Counted from the first letter of the stretch, positions 36,016-49,066 are shown. The stretch: DNA of 64,000 nucleotides from Rhizodiscina lignyota (GCA_010015805.1 ML978138.1:434001-498000); one strand, 5' to 3'. Notes: generated by a model from the letters alone, not told the origin. A program made the numbers and translations.

Positions 36016-36711
36016 GATGAGAGGCTGTTGTACAGCTTTCATAGAGACTATTCGTTTCAAAGATATGAATTCTATGTTTCTGCTCTACTTGTCCATAAAA
36101 AGTGAAGTTGCAATATACACTCTGTAACCATGCAGATACATTAGAACCGGTTTCAGATACCTAGTATGTATATAGTTGGAGCATATTTGCGCTAGCCACA
36201 TCCGGCAAAGTACGCTCGGAAAGTCTGGAAAGGGGGGACGTGAACAAATCTTCCGTTCTCTTCCTTCAACTCCACAATCTGCCAGAGAGCAGTTGTGTTC
36301 TCGGGGTCAAGCCTGTCAATGGCAGGATTTATGTTCCATGCTTGCCGTTTCCAAAAGGCGGTAGCATGTCAGCACTTGGCAAGCACCAGTTTACATCTTT
36401 TGGTGGCGGCCACCGATGAACGCCGTGAAATCATGCCAACCCTCTTATTGCCGGGTATATCAAAACCAAACTAGGAGAGCAAGATCACATATGGGCCTTA
36501 GTGCTCGCGGGCTTAACTTTATGCAGATGGCTCTTATGGTCCCTCCACTAACTGTCAGACCATCATTGCAAACGGTGGCAGGGGAGCACCAATTCCGCGT
36601 TTAGTATATATGGAGGTAGGTAGGCTGATTATAGAGAGCTAGATACTCTGACAACTCCTCTTTCTCGTCAATTTTGTTTGTATTTTGAGATTCGAATCCC
36701 TTGTGCTGAAG

Positions 36712-37677
36712 ATGTCTAAACGACTTGAAAACAAGGCCGCCATTGTTACTGGATCTTCCTCTGGCATCGGCCGCGCCATCGCTATCGCTTTTCATCGTGA
36801 AGGGGCCAAAGTTATCTGTGCTGACATACGGGAGAGCTCTCCGAAAGATGAGGATGCGTCTACTCCTACTCATGAAACAATCCTTAGTGACGGAGGTTAC
36901 GCAATCTTTGTGAAGACGGATGTGACAATCGCTGCGGACATTGAGAGCCTTGTTCAAGTGGCAGTACAGAAGGCTGGCAGATTAGACATGTGCGTTCTTG
37001 AGAAACATGGCTCTTCTCCTTTCTAAGTTGCTGATACTCAGCAGCATGGTGAACAACGCTGGAGTGGGACTCGAAGCAGATAACCCGCACCCCATTTGGG
37101 AATTCCCTGAAGACATGTGGGATGCCACGATCAACATTAATCTCAAAGGAGCATTCCTCGGCTGCAAATACGCCGCAAAGCAAATGATGAAGCAGGATCC
37201 TGGCGCCAATGGCGACAGAGGTTGGATCATCAACATGGGAAGTGTGCTCGGCCAGGTTGCTGCTGCAAACGTCGGTGAGTATTATAATCTGCTTGCAATC
37301 TTTTCGGTCTACTTGCTCACTGGAAGTGAATAGCGTCCTACTGCAGTTCGAAGCACGGCATTAACGGGATCACGAAAGTGGCTGCGCTGGACTGTGCGCC
37401 TTACCGGATCCATTGCAATGCCCTTTGCCCTAGTTGTACGTCTAGGTAACTACTGTCGCGATGTCTCAGTGCTGACGTTAAGCTTGTAGGGGTTACGACT
37501 CCATTAACAAAGGGTATCTTCGCCGCTGCGGGAGATCAGTTGGCTGCACTGCATCCATTCCGTGGCCTTGGTACGACAGACGATGTTGCGAAAGCTGCGG
37601 TATTTCTCGCCTCCGAGGACAACTCGTGGATGACAGGTGCGATGATGGTAGTCGATGGAGGAATGACCGCGCAATAA
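36712..37677 (+). CDS. Classical SDR oxidoreductase (FabG/glucose 1-dehydrogenase-like); 4 exons
   Basis: TGSSSGIG, VNNAG, IINMGS, YCSSK, NALCP and FLASEDNSWMTGAMMVVDGG. Confidence 0.9.
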
Positions 37678-38267
37678 CTGAGAAGATGGTTGTAATTTTC
37701 CGAGTTGGCATAAGATGCTGAAGTTTGATTACAGTCATGATCGCTGTCTGTCCAATTGACACACGAGAAATTGAAATTGAAATGAGATCTCTAATTACAT
37801 TCTTACGAGTTGGCACGTTTGAGGAACCCAAAATACTTGACCGCCGTGCTCCGTAAGTGTGCGGAGATCTTGCACTCAGGGTAAGTAAGAGTATCTGTTA
37901 AAGTACAGTCGTGGGTTTCTCAGAGTGTACTAAACAATGGCGAATCCTTAGGAAACATGCACGCTCTGTAAAGTCCAGAGGTCATACGCCATTGCTGTTT
38001 GGTGTCTTGAAAGCTACGACCGACCTTTTTGTCGCTCGAAGCACCTCAGCACGCAATGCATCCAAAGTTTGAATAAGTACTTCATTGTCATTGTTCCCTA
38101 GTATTCTCATGAACGATAGTACAACATGGTTAGTATTAGGATTACCGCTTTCCTTGGATCCTTTGCTATCTAACCACTGTCCGTCAATTCCTGGATGTCA
38201 CGGTAGTGCTGTCGCTTCGTCCGGTAACCCCATACATCTAATGCACGTTAGTCATGTGCATTGCAGT

Positions 38268-39131
38268 TCAATGGCTTCGGCGTACCGCTAACATATCACG
38301 AGGAGTCTCCTTCACATTGATACCTCCGTCCTCCTTCATCGTCTCCTTGCGGCTCCAGACTTCCGTGTGCGGCCAGTTCCGCTCCCTGAGGATCTTATGC
38401 AGGACCTTGATACCTCCCGGATTGATAGCAGGGAATGTCTGCGGATGGTATTGCACGAAGCTATCTAAACGCACAAGCTCGAGATCTTCCAGCACGTCGT
38501 AGTCTTCTTCGGCTGGACCCGGAACGTCGAACACGAGAGCCACTTCTCGCAGAACAGGCATCACTTGAATGAGGTCTTGAACAACCTTGACACAGTCCCT
38601 CTGATAAGTATTGCGGCCCCTGAGATCCATGCCACCGTACTGGCCGAGAACGATTCGACACTGAGTGACGTGCACGAGGAACGGCATTGCGGGCGCATAC
38701 TTTCGTGCAATCTCTGTATCGAGCCGATTTTCGAGGGAACAGTCGTGTGCCTGAGGGTCGATCTCGAAATAGCGAAGGCGTAGAAGCTCCTCAATCGCCT
38801 CCTCCCGCAATTGTCGACACGCGTGAAGCACCGGTGCGTGGATTGAAGAACCCAGCTTAACTTTGACGCGATGTAGGCCGAACTCTAGCAACGGATAGAT
38901 GGGTGATGAAAAGAGATCTGCGCGTCGGCCCGGAGAAGGTGATGAAGCAGCGGTGGAGGAGGCATCTTCGCCTGTGCTTGGACGGACAATGAGGTATTGA
39001 AGGATCTGGTTCCGCAGCTCTCGTGGTAGTGTGAGCAGGTGCTTAAGCTGTTCATCCTTGCTTTGTTCTGCGGCCTCGCTGTTGCGAGTGAAGTGTTCGT
39101 TGTAAGTGCTGTGGGGACTGCTCGGCAACAT
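38268..39131 (-). CDS. Hypothetical protein with an N-terminal F-box-like motif
   Basis: LLTLPRELRNQILQYL and VLHACRQLREEA, typical of ascomycete F-box-like orphans. 287-aa intronless ORF. Confidence 0.7.
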   Translation of the reverse strand: MLPSSPHSTYNEHFTRNSEAAEQSKDEQLKHLLTLPRELRNQILQYLIVRPSTGEDASSTAASSPSPGRRADLFSSPIYPLLEFGLHRVKVKLGSSIHAPVLHACRQLREEAIEELLRLRYFEIDPQAHDCSLENRLDTEIARKYAPAMPFLVHVTQCRIVLGQYGGMDLRGRNTYQRDCVKVVQDLIQVMPVLREVALVFDVPGPAEEDYDVLEDLELVRLDSFVQYHPQTFPAINPGGIKVLHKILRERNWPHTEVWSRKETMKEDGGINVKETPRDMLAVRRSH

Positions 39132-39410
39132 CTTGGTTCCTTCGAGATTTCAATAATGTTCCTTGATGAGGGAAGCAGAGAGCATCAGAATGGCTGGAGA
39201 AGATTTATGAGCACAGAAACATGATGTCATGAGGCAGTCACGAACGAGGTGTCCAGGTGTAAATAAAGGTTGAGGCCGAACGCCCTGGTGACTTGCCTTC
39301 TTCAACTTCACCACCCTCCTTTCTCTTTCCTTCCACATCACACAACACAACTTCTTGAAACAACTGCAATTGTTGCGTCAAACGCATTCTCGCTCTATTG
39401 AAGCGAACAT

Positions 39411-39650
39411 CTAGTAAGAAATGACGCGGTTTCTCAAAATCAGGACTTGTTACTCTCACAACACTCGCCAAAGCAGCCGGGTAAATGACGACGAGCAACA
39501 AACGCACTCCCCTCCTTATGGAGTGGGTGCCTAGTAAGACATGACGCACTCTACCAAAATCAGAGCTCGTTATTCTCACTAAAACAGCTGGTCAAGCTTC
39601 AATGAGCGACAGTGGCAAAGCACTCATCCTCGCCGACGAAACACAGCAAA
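39411..39650 (+). repeat. Degenerate direct repeat with about 120-bp period
   Basis: 39411-39460 and 39531-39580 match at 39 of 50 positions by hand alignment. Weaker similarity continues into the ORF start at 39602. Confidence 0.7.
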
Positions 39651-40447
39651 ACTCTGAAGACGTAGACCCAAAAACTATATTCCCATTCATGAAGCTGCCT
39701 CAAGAGATCCGCGACGAGATTTATGCCCTCCTCGAAAAGGAAGACGTCCACTTCGAACGCTGTGTCCGAACCAGGTTCCGCAAGAAGCAAGAATGGATTG
39801 TGATCACAATTCCCTACTACCCGCACCCGACGCTGCTCCGCATCTGCCGTCAAATCCAGAATGAGGCCCTCAAGGAGGCTTTCCGGGGTGAGAACACGGT
39901 GATTATCGACGAGCTGCCTTACAGACACATGGACTGTGTATGGGAATTTGAGAAATTCGAAAGTCTCGTCAGGCTTCTCGGATATGTGAAGAGCTGCAGA
40001 ATATGGCTGGAGCAGGTTTCTAACCAGCAAGAAAGGGGCCTCGTGAAAGGTCAGCGTTGCATGGTAGAATGCATTCTCCAGCTTCTCCCTGAGCTCGAAG
40101 AGTGTTGGATTCAATTTCTGGTGTGGAGGGGCGTCGGGAAGCACACTGCGCGAGACGACCGAGAGCGGAAAAGTTTCGAGTCGGTCAAGTTCGATATCCG
40201 ATCCCATCAACAAGGACGTGGATATCGGAAGCAGCGAAGTCTGACTCTGCACAAGCGCATCTTGTCCTCTGTTGAGCAGCCGTGGCCTTCGGCAAACGGT
40301 TCAAGAGGCTATCTGAATCACGTCAGAAGACCGACCGGTGAGTCACATCTAGTGGTGGATGATGGAGCGGCCTCGATGGAAGATATTCGGAAGGCGCTGC
40401 AGGAACAGTTTCTCCTATGGGAGAAAACAGAGACAGTTACCGCATGA
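39602..40447 (+). CDS. Hypothetical protein with an N-terminal F-box-like motif
   Basis: FPFMKLPQEIRDEIYALL and LLRICRQIQNEA. 281-aa intronless ORF. Confidence 0.7.
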   Translation: MSDSGKALILADETQQNSEDVDPKTIFPFMKLPQEIRDEIYALLEKEDVHFERCVRTRFRKKQEWIVITIPYYPHPTLLRICRQIQNEALKEAFRGENTVIIDELPYRHMDCVWEFEKFESLVRLLGYVKSCRIWLEQVSNQQERGLVKGQRCMVECILQLLPELEECWIQFLVWRGVGKHTARDDRERKSFESVKFDIRSHQQGRGYRKQRSLTLHKRILSSVEQPWPSANGSRGYLNHVRRPTGESHLVVDDGAASMEDIRKALQEQFLLWEKTETVTA

Positions 40448-41154
40448 GACGCAGAACGGGCCATTTTGGTGGAGGCCGGAGGGATAAGACGTTGTAAATG
40501 GACTCGAGGAATGAAAAGTATAGTTATTGACACACCGTTTGCTATTCGCAGAAGAAAGATGCAGTAAGTATAATTAGTTACTTCTGAATCAAATAATAGC
40601 ATTAGCCTATAGTGCCCACTCTGTTTAATACCAATTTTCGCGGTAATAGGGACGCCCGCAGCTGTGGGATATTACGGTGCAGTATGCCATTTAGTATACC
40701 CCGAGTCACGTACAAGTGAGCTTTCAAAGATATCGTAGTCTCACCTGCCTTAAAGTGTCAGATCTGATCGCCCCTAGCCGTTACAGCTTGCCCGACAGCC
40801 CAGTATTTTGTAACCCTCGAGGCTATCTTAGGAGAAACCTGAACATATATTCAGCTATCCATAATATCTCTGCTCCGATTTGGAGAAGTACTTATCAATT
40901 CCGACGCTCCGAGAGGGTGATGCGCCGCAAGGTTAAAAAGCTAAGTCTCCGCACAACCACAGTGACCTTCCTCTTTCCCGCATCGATCTGCAAGGAGCGA
41001 GCAACAGTTACATCGTCACATCGTCCTTTCTGCGTATTCCCAGTAAACGGTGCCGGATTTCAGGGCAGGTTCAATATGACGGCCTTTAACCCCGCGAGCA
41101 GCCATCTGGCTGCGGTGGGCACGTCTTGCTTGGTTTTTGCAACCAACTGTCACG

Positions 41155-43687
41155 ATGCGGTTGAGCTTGGCGGTCTTGTTGTTCGCCATTAGAGGCTCCC
41201 TTGCGCAGAGCAATTCTAGTTTCGACGTCCTGGATTATATTGATCCTTTGATTGGATCGGACAATGGGGGAAACGTCTTCTGCGGAGCAACCCTGCCGTA
41301 CGGGATGGCAAAAGCTGTTGCGGATGTTGATGGGCAGAATACTGGTGCGTGTTGATTCTGATATTTCAATCTTTCACATCATCGAGCCAAATCTGTCATA
41401 TCTGACACTCTGTTTCGGCGGGTTTACTTTGTTGTAACAATCACCAGGCGGCTTCTCCACCGATGGGAGCAACATCACCGGTTTCTCATCTATGCACGAT
41501 AGCGGGACTGGCGGCAACCCATCGCTCGGGAATTTCCCAATCTTCCCCCAACTCTGTGCGGACGATGTTATCGATAACTGTGTATTCCCAAAAGCTGAGC
41601 GTGCAACTCACTATGTCAATGAATCGGTGGTGGCACGTCCAGGTTACTTTGCCGTTCAATTGGTGAATGGCATCAAAGCGGAGATGACAACGACACAGCA
41701 TGCTACGCTGTACCACTTCGACTTTCCGGAACAAAAATCTAGTAATGCTATCGCATTGAGTCCCCTGCTTCAGTTGGATCTCACGGATCTTTGGATCAGT
41801 CGACAAAACGCTTCGATCAGCGTGGACGCCATGACTGGCCAGCTCAAAGGCAATGGAACTTTCCTCCCAAGCTTCGGAGCTGGCTCATATGTCTTACATT
41901 TCTGCGCTGATTTCTCCGGCGCGGGTGTGAAGGACAACGGTATCTGGGTCAATAACCGTGCGGGTACCGAGCCGAAAGAGCTGTTCGTCACTCGGGGTTT
42001 CAATTTGTGGTTCACAGAAGCTGGGGCCTTCGTACATTTCGACCGCCCTGCGAATGGCACTATTTCCGTGCGGACAGGTATGAGCTTCATCAGTGCAGAT
42101 CAGGCATGCCAGCATGCTGCGACTGAGATTCCAACATGGGATTTCGACGGAGTCCGGTCTGCGGCAGAAGATGCGTGGCGAGAGAAACTGAGCCCAATCT
42201 CCATCAATGCTGGAGATGTTAGCAAGGATATGCAGATCAGTTTCTGGAGCGCCATTTACCGGACGATGATGTCTCCGCAGAACTACACGGGCGAAAATCC
42301 CAACTGGAAGAGCCCGGAATACTGGGATTCTTTCTACTGTATCTGGGATCAGTTCCGGTCTCAGCTGCCCCTGCTAACTATCATTGACCCTTCCACGCTT
42401 TCCAGTATGCTTCGCAGCCTCCTGTATACGTACCAAAACGAGGGCTGGCTTCCCGATTGCCGGATGAGTCTATGTCAAGGCTGGACTCAAGGCGGCAGTA
42501 ATGCCGACGTAGTGCTCGTTGATGCTTATGTCAAAAACGTCACCGGCATTGACTGGAACCTCGCGTACGAGGCGATTGTTAATGACGCAGAACATGAACC
42601 GCTTGAGTGGGCTCACGAAGGTCGCGGCGGCTTGAACAGTTGGAAGAGCGTACATTACATCCCGTACCTCGACTTTGACTATCTTGGCTTCGGAACCAAT
42701 TCTCGTAGTATTTCACGGACTCTTGAATATTCGTACAACGACTTCTGTCTCGCCACTCTTGCGAAAGCTTTAGGAAAGGGGACCTACACGAAATACCTTT
42801 CCCGCGCGAGCAATTGGAAGAACCTCTTCAAAGCGGACCAGACTTCTTTCATTAATAGTACGAACACTGGATTTGTCGGCTTCTTCCAACCGAAGTATAT
42901 GAACGGGACATGGGGCTTCCAGGATCCAGTCGCATGTAGCATCCTCGGTAATCCTCAGTTTTGCAGCATAACGACGAACCCGAGTGAGACGTTTGAGAGC
43001 ACGGTTTGGGAGTATAATTTGTATGCATGACTATGTTGCTTTATAGTACCGCTCACTGATACGCGTAACAGTTATGTTCCTCATGACATTTCTACCCTGA
43101 TCTCAAAGCTTGGTAACGACACCACCTTCGTCAAGCGTCTCGACTTTTTCCACGAAACTCCTGGCCTGGCGGACATTGGCAACGAACCTGTATTCCTTAC
43201 CGTGTACGAATATCACTATGCCGGAAGACCCGCCAAGTCTGCAGAGCGTGCACATTACTATATCCCATCATCATTTAACGACAGTAAAACTGGCCTTCCC
43301 GGAAACGACGACAGCGGCGCAATGGGCTCCTTCACAGCATTCTCAATGATGGGACTGTTTCCCAATCCAGGCCAGAACGTGTATCTCTTGGTGCCGCCGT
43401 TCTTCCCTGAGATTGGTGTCACAAGCCCTGTCACTAAAAAGACGGCAACGGTCAAGACGAAGAATTTTGACGCGGGGTACAAGAATATTTACATTCAGAG
43501 TGCAGCGGTGAATGGGAAGCCTTGGACGAAGAGCTGGGTTGGACATGAATTCTTCACGGAAGGGTGGACGCTGGAACTCGTGCTTGGTTCGAGTGAGAGC
43601 TCTTGGGGTACAAAAGTGGAGGATAGACCGCCCAGTTTGGGTGGGAGCAGTGGTGGAGTTGCGGCTCGCGATGCTCTTGACATATAG
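41155..43687 (+). CDS. Secreted GH92 alpha-1,2-mannosidase; 3 exons
   Basis: Signal peptide, GATLPYGMAK, MHDSGTGG, TQGGSNAD, SRTLEYSYNDF, DIGNEP and PGNDDSGAMGS. Confidence 0.93.
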
Positions 43688-44594
43688 TAACTTGAATTTG
43701 ATTTGATATGCTGTAATCCACTTTTGTTCCAGACGGCTTAAATTCGCTCCGCATACGACTTGACAACAGTAATCCTATGTAAAGTCCTTGTCCCTGAAGA
43801 AGACAGTGCGAAGCTGAGACGATCTCAAGTTGTACATATATTCGAGGTTCAGTTATGCATATATATTCATGCGAAACCTTGTTGTAGATTGTCAGATATA
43901 GCTAAGCACTACTACCAACCTCCAATTCTCTCTCATCAGAGGGATACATTCTCTCTCTGATATATAAACCTTGCCGCTGGCTCTTGCTTCGCGTCTGTTA
44001 TCAGCACTTATGACTTCGACCTACGGCAATAAAAGAGTAGAGAACGAGAGGAAACAACATGATATGGTGAAGAAATCGAGGAAATAGTTATCATCGTTGG
44101 GGAAGTTACGTGTAGTTGTATGAAAAAGATATTTTGCCTTTCGAGCCCGCGTACGCTAAATATTTCTTTCTTCTTCTTCTTTTATTCCTAAATCTTTCCT
44201 AAATAGCAACACATGGCTGAATCCATCGCCGGACGAATATTCGAGGCCTAAAAAGTTATGTGGGAACTAATGTCGCCATCTCATGCGGAGCTCGCAAATC
44301 CGCCGTTTCCGTTCTCGGCCTTATCATATTTCGCAATTACCTTCTCCTAACTACTTATGAATAAGAAACGGAGACAGCCCAGGCTTCCAATGGCTCGTCA
44401 CGAAGTCTGGGCCGAAGCAGTGAGCTGACATTTGACAAAGTCTTCAACCATATTCTCCATCACCTACAATAAGGGCAGAGTATGAGGAGAGAAAGCCTCC
44501 TCTGATAAAGCCGACTTGTTCCTTTGCGCCAACTGATGCTCATTCTCTAATATCTAATCATTCTGTCTTCTATTATAGCGCTAACACCATCACT

Positions 44595-45821
44595 ATGTCT
44601 CTGAACGCTCGAAAACCGATCCTCATCTCCGGCGCTGGCATCTGCGCCCTCCTGTTCGCGCAAACCCTCCGCCGCGCCTCCATCCCATTCATAATATTCG
44701 AGCGCGACAGCTCAATCTCCTTCCGCGCACAAGGATACAGACTACGTCTCTCAGAAGAAGGGCTGAGTGCGATCGAGTCTGCCCTCGGGCCAGAGGCATG
44801 GCCGAAATTCTGGGCAACATGTAGCAAGACTGGAGGCACTGCCGGCGGCTTTGCAGCCATCGACGCACTAACAGGCGAGGAAGTCTCTGGACCGCTGCAG
44901 AATGGTGTTCGCATTAATGACCGGGAAGGGAGAGGCCAGCCATTAGCGCTCATATCCCGCGATGGAAAGGTCGTGGGAATTGCGAGAGGCGAAATGCGGA
45001 AGCTCTTCATGGAGGGATGTGAACCTTTCGTCCAGTGGTCCCACCAGGTCACAAGCTACGAATTAACGCCTTCTGGTGTCCGTGCTGTCTTCGCAGACGG
45101 TTCTAAGTCCGTTGAAGGTGAAATGCTAGTCGGTGGCGAAGGCATATCCTCCAAGATAGCGAAACAGCTGTCTCAGGGGAAAATTAAAGTCTACGATATG
45201 GGGTCCCGTGGAATCCATGGTCAAGCTCCCACCACAGCGTTCAAAGGCCTCGGGGAGGGAGTTTGGCGAATGATGGATGATACCAACCCCGACGGAAAAG
45301 TCTACGCGATGACGAATGTCAGGCCAAATGACATGGACGATCCCAACGTAATGTTCGGATGGACAATGTCAGCTCAGCCAGGGGTCATCGAACCGCCTAA
45401 TAACGACTATACTATTGTTGGAGTCGCAGCCGCCAAGATAGCGAAGGAGCTCACGAAGAACTGGCATCCTCGCATCAAGCCCCTCTTCGATCAGATGAAC
45501 GAGTCCGAAGCGGCGTTCTGGAAGATCACTTGCTCCTCCCCAATTGGCGTGCCGGAATGGCCAAACGAGCCGCGTGTCACTCTCATCGGAGATGCAGTGC
45601 ATGGGATGACTCCCGCGGGAGGGAATGGCGCGAACACGGCTGTCAGAGACTCGGCGCTGTTGGGCAGACTGCTGGCTGAGGCTGGTGGATATGCAGACGG
45701 CGTGACTGCGGCTTATGAGAAGGAGATGAAGGTATATGCGACTGAGCAGGTCAAGGCGAGTTATGGAATGGCGAGCGGGTCATTTGGAGCTACTATCGAT
45801 GAGAACACACCAACGGTCTAA
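44595..45821 (+). CDS. FAD-dependent monooxygenase (class A aromatic hydroxylase-like), intronless
   Basis: ILISGAGICAL..IFERD, LVGGEG (DG-motif variant) and RVTLIGDAVHGMTPAGGNGANTAVRD. Confidence 0.9.
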   Translation: MSLNARKPILISGAGICALLFAQTLRRASIPFIIFERDSSISFRAQGYRLRLSEEGLSAIESALGPEAWPKFWATCSKTGGTAGGFAAIDALTGEEVSGPLQNGVRINDREGRGQPLALISRDGKVVGIARGEMRKLFMEGCEPFVQWSHQVTSYELTPSGVRAVFADGSKSVEGEMLVGGEGISSKIAKQLSQGKIKVYDMGSRGIHGQAPTTAFKGLGEGVWRMMDDTNPDGKVYAMTNVRPNDMDDPNVMFGWTMSAQPGVIEPPNNDYTIVGVAAAKIAKELTKNWHPRIKPLFDQMNESEAAFWKITCSSPIGVPEWPNEPRVTLIGDAVHGMTPAGGNGANTAVRDSALLGRLLAEAGGYADGVTAAYEKEMKVYATEQVKASYGMASGSFGATIDENTPTV

Positions 45822-46669
45822 CACTCCTTCAAGCATTGCGTGAATATAGATTTAATAAAAGGATACATAATAAACAAAAACCATAATTTCAGATCTATGC
45901 GCTGGGTCTTTGTCTAGATGAAAATGCCTTTACGGCGTTATTCTGATGATTGAGAATGCTATCAGCTGAAGTTTAGACGCAATGCATGAGCTGTGACAAT
46001 AGCTGTCCTGAGCCAAACATAAATATTCAGATTTGATATCAATTAGATATGATTTACGAAGCGTTCACTCTTTGAATGAGTGTGATTAGGCGTTGTCCAA
46101 TAGCCCTAACGTTCTCACGAGTGGTACTGGTGCCGAACATGTGAGATAACGACAGCGCTGCCAACTACATAGTTGATCGTTCCATCTAAAATATTGGTGA
46201 AGCGTTATTTCGATGATCTTGTTTGTTCCCTGGCGATGTGGAGAAATGATCGATTTTGCAATTCGGTCGATGAAGGCACATCTGTACAAACGGAACTACT
46301 ATCGTGTTCGATATCTGCCACGCCATCCGATCTAAAATGCACTGTCATGATGTGTACAGTGTCCGTGGGCAGTCAGTTCTCAATGGGCAAGCCAGCTCAG
46401 GAAACAGAATCAGAAATGATCATAAAAGGCAGAGATGAAACCTCTGCGATTGTCCTGGAAGCAGTGATTGCAACATTACAGTTTTTGCTAACATGGATAA
46501 TAAAAGCTCTAAAACGGGGCAAATTGGGCGAGGTATATTTGGAAGCAGAAAGGGTAGCGATAATAAGGATGAGGAGGAGAAGAAGAGAATAAAGGAAGAG
46601 GAAAAGAGGGAAGAGGAGGAAGAGGAAAGGAGAAAGAAAGAAGAACAAGAAAGAAAGAAAGAGGAGCAA

Positions 46670-46741
46670 GAAGCAGAAGAAGCAGAAGAAGCAGAAGAAG
46701 CAGAAGAAGCAGAAGAAGCAGAAGAAGCAGAAGAAGCAGCA
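46670..46741 (+). repeat. 9-bp tandem repeat (GAAGCAGAA) x7 plus one variant copy, inside a purine-rich tract
   Basis: Read directly; it encodes (EAE)n in ORF 46493-46792. Confidence 0.95.
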
Positions 46742-46995
46742 GGGAATGAATTATGCGGTGTTTCATCTTGCAAGTTCCTACATGTCAACTGAGCCAAGCA
46801 TTACAGATATCGCTCACCTTGAGCCGTTGGTACAAGTTGCAGGCCCATCAAAAACAAGGAGCCGCAAATTTTCAACTAAGACGCTCAACTCTTGATATAA
46901 ACTGTGACTGATAAGTGCCATCAACGCCTACAACATCTTTCCTCCAAAATCCCACAAAAGCCACCCACAAACATTTGGTAATTGGACAGGAGTTA

Positions 46996-48235
46996 TTATC
47001 CAACGTGAGGGAAGTACTTTGCCCAATTGACGTCCTGATAAGTGTCCGGTGGTGCAGAACGCAATGCCGCGAAAACCTCGACGAAGAGATAGAGGCGAAC
47101 AAGCAAATACAGTACTAACGGTGGCAGAACGACAGCGTCCAAATCAACATCGAACCGACTCGCCATCGTTACGAGAGACACGATAGCTATTGGTAGAACG
47201 AAAGACAAAACACTAGCCGCCTGCCAGAGAATGCGCTCGGCGGAGCTCACAAAATGAAAATCCCAGGCGGCGAGGTGACAGGCGCTGAAGAAAAGTAGGG
47301 GCAGATAGCATATGATGAACGTCTCCCACATGCTGAGCTGCTTGCCCATACTGCTCATAATCGAGATTCGCTTTCCAGGTATGTCTAAAGATCGTGCTTC
47401 AGTTTTGAGAATCGTCTCGGCTTCTTTGAATGCCACCCGGGCATTTATCAGAACGGTAGTGCGAATGTTCAAAGGCTTGTTCCACCATGCCACGTACGTC
47501 AAGAACGTGCAGCACACCACCGCTAGAGTGAAAATCTCGAGGAGTGTGATCGGGAGATGCTGAACGGCTCGTCCGAGCAAGCTAGCGAGAAGCCACGAGA
47601 TCTGAAGACAAGCCCAGGCTTTTGCTATCCAATCTGCCTTGCTCTTATCCAGTATCTCTGCCGGGTCGCATAGTGGAAGCGCGGGGATAATGTTCTTTTC
47701 TAGAGATAAGGCGAATTGCGATGCGTTCAGGCGATATCGATGGCCGTCTGTGAAGAGGAGGTCGAACCCTCCCATTTTGATGAAATGTACTAATACCATG
47801 TCCCATGGTTGCGGACCCCCGAGACCGGTAGAGTGTTTACGTGCAGAGAGGAAGTTCATGACATGCCGAGGGAGGCTAAAGACGGAGCGCTATAATGGAA
47901 TCTCATAGTTAGTCAAATGTTATCTGACTCAATTGGGGAAGGGATGAGCTCACGCTGTCTGTCCAAGGCCGCAGTTCTTCGACGAGTTTGCGGGTTTCGA
48001 AGTATTCCCGAAGTGCAAGAGCGCTGACAAACTCCGGAGCAGCGATCGCAATGCTCATCCACTTCATCTTGTGCATTAGTATCGTGTCCCATCGATCTTC
48101 TGCTGCAGGTATATTCAGATGTACTGCCTGCCAAGCACATATGAGGATAGTGGAAAAACAGCCATGAATGATGCCCACAGTTCCTCTACCGTTAGGCTCG
48201 GAGATGAAACCACGCACCGGAATCGTGAAATTCAT
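46996..48235 (-). CDS. Uncharacterised multi-pass fungal membrane protein (PNGRGT..HLNIP..DKSKAD family); 2 exons
   Basis: EPNGRGTVGIIHGC..HLNIP, APEFV..A, MGGF, ILDKSKADWIAK..LQISW, LPITLLEI, WWNKP, HLAAWDFHF and RLYLFVEVF. Confidence 0.85.
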
Positions 48236-49066
48236 AAAAGGGAGATAATTGTAGAATACTCAAACAAAGGCACCTGCAGTCTATGAAAGTGAAATGAAGA
48301 GCCAGGCCGTGACATCAGGATCAAGCACGAGGAGCAAAGAATTAAGAGAAGCATTTTAGAATTAATCATCTTCATAAATAAGGCACATACCCCGGTGCAT
48401 TAAGTAGATGGTATATATCTCATGCCCCGGTTGTCCTACCGAGTCGCTGCAGTGATCGGGCACCAACGCGAGTCATCCAGATAAGCAATCAACCGTGAAA
48501 GTCGGCCGGAGATGTAGAAGGCGAGACGAAGTAATGATCTGCACACAGCCCAAGGGCTTGCGCTGAACATGTGCCTCGTAAAAGCTGGTCGTTGGAATAT
48601 GTGTTGATGAAGTGTGGTCTGACATCCAATGGAGCCTATGTAGATTGGTCGTGGTAGGCTTGCGTTTCGGATAGTTGCAGGAGCAATGCCACAATCTCCA
48701 GGAACTTGAAAAATAAGTCTGGAGATGAAGCTGAACCCCGACACAGAACGTGTTTGCTTGCGGCGCAGACAAAATACTAATTCGACGATCTCGTACCGTT
48801 GCCTGCGCCTGCACAGACTCAAGAAAATCTGTGAGTTTTGTGAGAATTGTCCTTTGGAGATTATTAATGATGTATATGATAGGAGCTATTCGTGAAAATG
48901 AACATACTTTGACTGTGAACGGACTGCTTGAAAAGATACTATCTAACTGGAGTTGCACTGTGTGTCTCCATGATATCCTCGTAAATGTCGTTGTCGTTGG
49001 ACTTTCTCTATTTGCAACAGTTTTGGCGAAGTCAGCCGTGCGATGGTCGTAAAAGTGCCAGAATTC

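Noticed and set aside
39599..40252. 217-aa minus-strand ORF
   Set aside because: It is an antisense shadow of the F-box-like gene at 39602-40447 and has no recognisable motifs.
41155..45821. GH92 + FMO (plus nearby SDR) as a secondary-metabolite cluster
   Set aside because: There is no backbone synthase, regulator or transporter nearby, and the functions are unrelated.
45944..45970. TGATGA...CTGA as a box C/D snoRNA
   Set aside because: The boxes are too close together, and there is no terminal stem or recognisable guide sequence.
48436..49052. Overlapping 100-160 aa ORFs between the membrane gene and the HET gene
   Set aside because: They have non-ATG starts, random-looking composition and no domain or splice support.
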